NCBI GenBank assembly: GCA_026026165.1
Contig: JAPEUD010000044.1
Location: 186,001-212,094, forward strand
Reading direction: 5' to 3'
DNA: 26,094 bases
Source: Sarea resinae
Taxonomy: Eukaryota
Shown here: piece by piece, positions 22,677 through 26,094 of the stretch
Numbering within the stretch: position 1 is the first letter of the stretch
Layout of the letters: each line of letters begins with the position of its first letter
Notes under the pieces: generated by a model
Database searches by the model: none
What the model saw: the letters and a program-made list of their open reading frames with translations, nothing else
Told to the model about the DNA's origin: nothing
Program-made: the position numbers and the translations under genes

Positions 22677-25610
22677 CTAGCTACCACTGCTGTCACTGCT
22701 ACTCCGAGAACTACCACCACCACGACCACTACTGCTGCCACTGCTGCAAGAGCTCAAACTATCAAACTCGCTCTCCTCCCAGACAATCTCCTCCCCCAAG
22801 CCCTCCCCAGAACCTATCCTCAGCATCTCCACATCGGCATCTCCAGTGACGACATCCCTCCCACTCCGCTCAGGCTCCCATTCCGGAACAGCATCCTGCT
22901 CCATGCACTCAAAGCCTAAGCGCTCTCTCTCGAGCTCCTCGGCGCGCCTAAGCACATGTAGCATCTGCCGGCCCTGCCTGATGGCGCGCTTGGACTGGCT
23001 CAGGCGCTTGGCGTGTAGTTCCGCGATCCAACCATCCAGCAAGCGCACCAGAGACTCGCATCGTGTGGCCCCGTCGCCGCCATGAGCATGAGCGCGGAAA
23101 AATCCGAGTTTCTCCTTTGTGCGCCGCAGAGGGGCGCGGACGGCCTTGACAGCGTCAAGAAAGCGATTATCCAGACGCATGTCGGATGCCAGCACCATCT
23201 GCACGACCCAGCGCATGCCCTGGACATGGTGGTCGAGAGCCGCGTAGGCGCGGAAAAAGACGGTCATGACGACGATGTCAAAGGGCCGGTGCGCGAAGAA
23301 GGGCGCCTTGGCCACCGTGCTGAGGAGATCCACCGCCTCGTCCGGCATGCCATTTCGCGTGAGATAGGACGCCGTGGAGACGACTACGTGGTTCGTGAGC
23401 CGGACGTGCAGGACGTGGGCCTGTTGGCAGAAGTCGAGAGCGGCCGCCTTGACATCCGAACCGACATGTGCTTTGACAGCGGCTTTGGAGCGGTAGAGTC
23501 GGTGGATAAAGAGTGGGGTCAAGGCCGCGTGGATATTGACGCCTAAGTGGCGCGCCGAGCGAAGGAGTTCGTAAGCTTCGTCAAAGGAGCCGTTGTCAGC
23601 GCGGATACTGGCTTCGAGAGCAGTTTCGATCACTTCGCGTGACGGGATCATGCCGTTGGTTATGGCGGTGCGGTACATGCGGACCGCTTCTGCAGGGACA
23701 TTGGTGCGGATAGCTTGGCTCATCTTAAGCTGGAGCTTTGCCGTGTCTTCTTGAGAGACGATCTTGGGAGACCGTGCAGCGTCGAAGCAGACATTGTCCA
23801 CAGTAGACTCCGTTCGACGGCGATCAACTGTCTCGCGTCTGATCACATTTTGGCGTGCAATGCTGTCCCTAGTCTCGGCAACATCGTCCGCAGACAGTGT
23901 TTCATTAGCTCCATTTTGGCAGCTAGCTGTCTCATGCTTGTCAATCGGCCTTTGTTTGGGGCTAGGTGTAATTCGATTCCTGCCAAGTGAATACTTGACT
24001 CCATTGAGGTAACTCCGGTTTACATCCTGTTTGCAAAACCATTCCAACGCAGAGCCCAGCACCTTCGGGTCGATCTTCAGCCTGAGTCCTTTCTCTTGGA
24101 TGTAATTCTCCCAGGATTTGACCGCTTCCCCTTGTCCTACTTTGACAAGAGAGCGTACCAGGATGTCTGACGTTGACTGATCAGGAACCAACCCATAAGT
24201 ATCAATGAGACGGCGAGCGAAAGGCTCAATTTCTCTATCGGGAAATTGTCTCGTATAATCGATTACCAGCGAATTGAGGATGTGGCTAGAGCTTCGTGAG
24301 CTGCCGATCACTCCGGAATCTCGAAGGTTTCCAAGATCCTCTTCCACCTTCTCCCATTCTTTCCGCCGCGCTTTAGCAAGGATCAAATGCCCATAAGTCC
24401 TGATGTTGGGCTGCAAACCCCACTTTCCCGTCATTGATTGTAGGACAGCGTGTGCCTCTTCCTCGCGGCCCGCTTCGACGCAGGACCTAACGAGAGTGTT
24501 GAGTAACGGTAAACAAGGCTTGAACTCTTCGGACCAAGTTTGCATTCGCTTGAAGAGGTTCAATGTTCTCTCCAGATCCTTGGATGACCTCCACGTTCCG
24601 CCTAGTAATATGGTGTAGCAGGCTTGTAATCTGTACCACCTTGCACTGGCGACAGATTTGAGTAGCTCTTCTGCCTCAGCAAACCTTGATTGTGCCACGA
24701 GGCACTCTGTCACCGGTACATATGAGAGATCAGAAGCCTGGAACAGGTCGCGGAATCGATCGAAGAGACTCAGAAGAGATGAATAACGTTTCTGCATCAA
24801 ATATGCTTGAAGCAAATTAGCCCAGCAGTCGTATGATATTTTGTCGGTTTGCATCTGCCAGAATATTCGTTCCGTCTGGTCGTACTGCTTCTTCCAAAGG
24901 GTAGCTGCAGAGATGGTCGATCCCAGTCGAACCGCCTTGTGGTCGACTTTTGCCTGACCGTTTTTGAAGTACGTCTCCAGAAACAAGCTCGTGGCATCAC
25001 GGACTTTGGACTTGGACAATAGTCTGTGGACCTGGGCATTCGGAGATTTGTCCTCCTGTGGCTGTGAAGCAAGATATTTTTTGACAGTGTCGACCAGTCG
25101 ATAGTGGCTTGCTTGTCTCTTCGTAGCTAGAGCGGCAGATGAAGTCGGAGGATGATCATATTGATCCGCGCCAGTGTGATCATTTGTCTGTCGTCTGCCA
25201 TGATCATCGTGCTCTTTGGCGTCTCTCTGCGGCAGAGCTCGTTCAGTCTTCGAGAGAGGTCGTCTCGAGCAGGTCCGGCCTATGCTCTCATAGGCCTTGT
25301 TGACTTCAGTCGGCAGAAGTGGTCCTCTACTAGTGTCGGCTCCCTTACTCCAACTCATCTCCATCGCTCTTTCGGAAGGATGCCCGCCATTGTCTTCAAA
25401 TTGTTCGGCAAGCGCAACGCCATGATACTGCCGACTCGATTTGAGTCTCCTAGCATTCTCATGAACTTCCCGAGCGGTGCATATCCTTCTGCGGCGATCT
25501 TCGAGGATTACCGCGCCACCCCCGACGGAGCCGACAAAGGACCCGGCGTAGGCGATCTGGCGGAGAACGCGAAGAGCGCCCCGAGATGGGGCAGGTCGAG
25601 ACTTGAGCAT
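22677..25610 (-). CDS. Pentatricopeptide repeat (PPR) protein, probably mitochondrial RNA-binding/translation factor, 977 aa, intronless
   Basis: Uninterrupted 2934-nt ORF from ATG 25610. The N-terminus MLKSRPAPSRGALRVLRQIAYAGS is Arg-rich and acid-free, like a presequence. ~35-aa helical repeats include CYTILLGGTWRSSKDLERTLNLFKRMQ, LLNTLVRSCVEAGREEEAHAVLQSMTGKWGLQPNIRTYGHLI and YGLVPDQSTSDILVRSLVKVG. Ser/Gly tail. Confidence 0.88.
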   Translation of the reverse strand: MLKSRPAPSRGALRVLRQIAYAGSFVGSVGGGAVILEDRRRRICTAREVHENARRLKSSRQYHGVALAEQFEDNGGHPSERAMEMSWSKGADTSRGPLLPTEVNKAYESIGRTCSRRPLSKTERALPQRDAKEHDDHGRRQTNDHTGADQYDHPPTSSAALATKRQASHYRLVDTVKKYLASQPQEDKSPNAQVHRLLSKSKVRDATSLFLETYFKNGQAKVDHKAVRLGSTISAATLWKKQYDQTERIFWQMQTDKISYDCWANLLQAYLMQKRYSSLLSLFDRFRDLFQASDLSYVPVTECLVAQSRFAEAEELLKSVASARWYRLQACYTILLGGTWRSSKDLERTLNLFKRMQTWSEEFKPCLPLLNTLVRSCVEAGREEEAHAVLQSMTGKWGLQPNIRTYGHLILAKARRKEWEKVEEDLGNLRDSGVIGSSRSSSHILNSLVIDYTRQFPDREIEPFARRLIDTYGLVPDQSTSDILVRSLVKVGQGEAVKSWENYIQEKGLRLKIDPKVLGSALEWFCKQDVNRSYLNGVKYSLGRNRITPSPKQRPIDKHETASCQNGANETLSADDVAETRDSIARQNVIRRETVDRRRTESTVDNVCFDAARSPKIVSQEDTAKLQLKMSQAIRTNVPAEAVRMYRTAITNGMIPSREVIETALEASIRADNGSFDEAYELLRSARHLGVNIHAALTPLFIHRLYRSKAAVKAHVGSDVKAAALDFCQQAHVLHVRLTNHVVVSTASYLTRNGMPDEAVDLLSTVAKAPFFAHRPFDIVVMTVFFRAYAALDHHVQGMRWVVQMVLASDMRLDNRFLDAVKAVRAPLRRTKEKLGFFRAHAHGGDGATRCESLVRLLDGWIAELHAKRLSQSKRAIRQGRQMLHVLRRAEELERERLGFECMEQDAVPEWEPERSGRDVVTGDADVEMLRIGSGEGLGEEIVWEESEFDSLSSCSSGSSSGRGGGSSRSSSDSSGS

Positions 25611-26083
25611 TGCCCAGGACCTCTACTCATCTTAGGAGATACACATCGCCGAGAGACTCCGATTGATAGGACCTGAGGGAAGTATAGAGAGAAAGGACGG
25701 GAAAGACTAGCCCAGCAATCAATCGAGTTCTACTTCGTAGCAGTCGATGGTCTGATGGAGAGAAGGTCTTCATCTATCGATGTTGTCGCCTACCGAAGAT
25801 TATGTAACCACTGCGGGGCCCCATATCACCTTTGACGCCGTTTGAGTTTCCGACTTTTATCGTCGGACGTCTCACTATATCGACCCCGCAAGCTCCTTGC
25901 CCTAAACTTGATAACAGTTGGTGCTCCAGTCCGTCTGGAACTTTGCTGAAGAGATCTTGGCTGCTTCGATGGACCATAAATGTTTTGCTCTGTCCTTACC
26001 TTACCTAGGTAGGTATCTGGTACAGACTTACCTGTCGTGTTGGCGCCAGCTCCATCGTCCGTCCATCTCTACCTTAGGTAGGA

Positions 26084-26094
26084 GGGGGGGGGGG
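26084..26094. repeat. Terminal poly-G run (G11), possibly where the contig or window ends
   Basis: The window ends in 11 consecutive G. Confidence 0.7.

Noticed and set aside
5853..25610. Idea that cutA, SLC35F, PSY2 and the PPR gene form a functional RNA-metabolism cluster or novel system
   Set aside because: They are unrelated housekeeping families acting in different compartments, in mixed orientation. Nothing in the sequence supports more than ordinary synteny.
1..26094. Search for transposons, RIP-degraded repeats, tRNA/rRNA and telomeric repeats
   Set aside because: By eye I found no transposase or RT motifs, long terminal or inverted repeats, extended AT-rich RIP tracts, tRNA A/B-box cloverleaf or TTAGGG arrays.

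Overview
This is eukaryotic, intron-containing DNA from a filamentous ascomycete (Pezizomycotina-type GT-AG introns of about 45-100 nt with CTRAY branch sites). It is not prokaryotic, so the ORF track shows only exon fragments and antisense shadows. Seven protein-coding genes can be reconstructed by hand. In order: a 4-TM membrane protein (-, 3 exons), a single-TM acidic Pro/Glu-rich protein (-), a Cid1/Cid13-family non-canonical RNA nucleotidyltransferase of the CutA type (+, 4 exons), an SLC35F/DUF914 transporter (-, 3 exons), the PP4 regulatory subunit Psy2/SMEK (-, 10 exons), a conserved-looking fungal hypothetical protein (-, 3 exons) and a large mitochondrial-type PPR protein (-, 1 exon). 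I found no rRNA, tRNA, CRISPR array or intact transposon, and nothing that supports a new multi-gene system. The most unusual signals are non-coding: a TACT-N4-AGTA dyad found seven times, always outside CDS (three exact copies of the 12-bp palindrome TACTGCGCAGTA), and mirrored GTAC-repeat arrays upstream of two divergent genes. A few candidate small or orphan ORFs lie in the unexplained 3-kb gaps. The window ends in a G-run.
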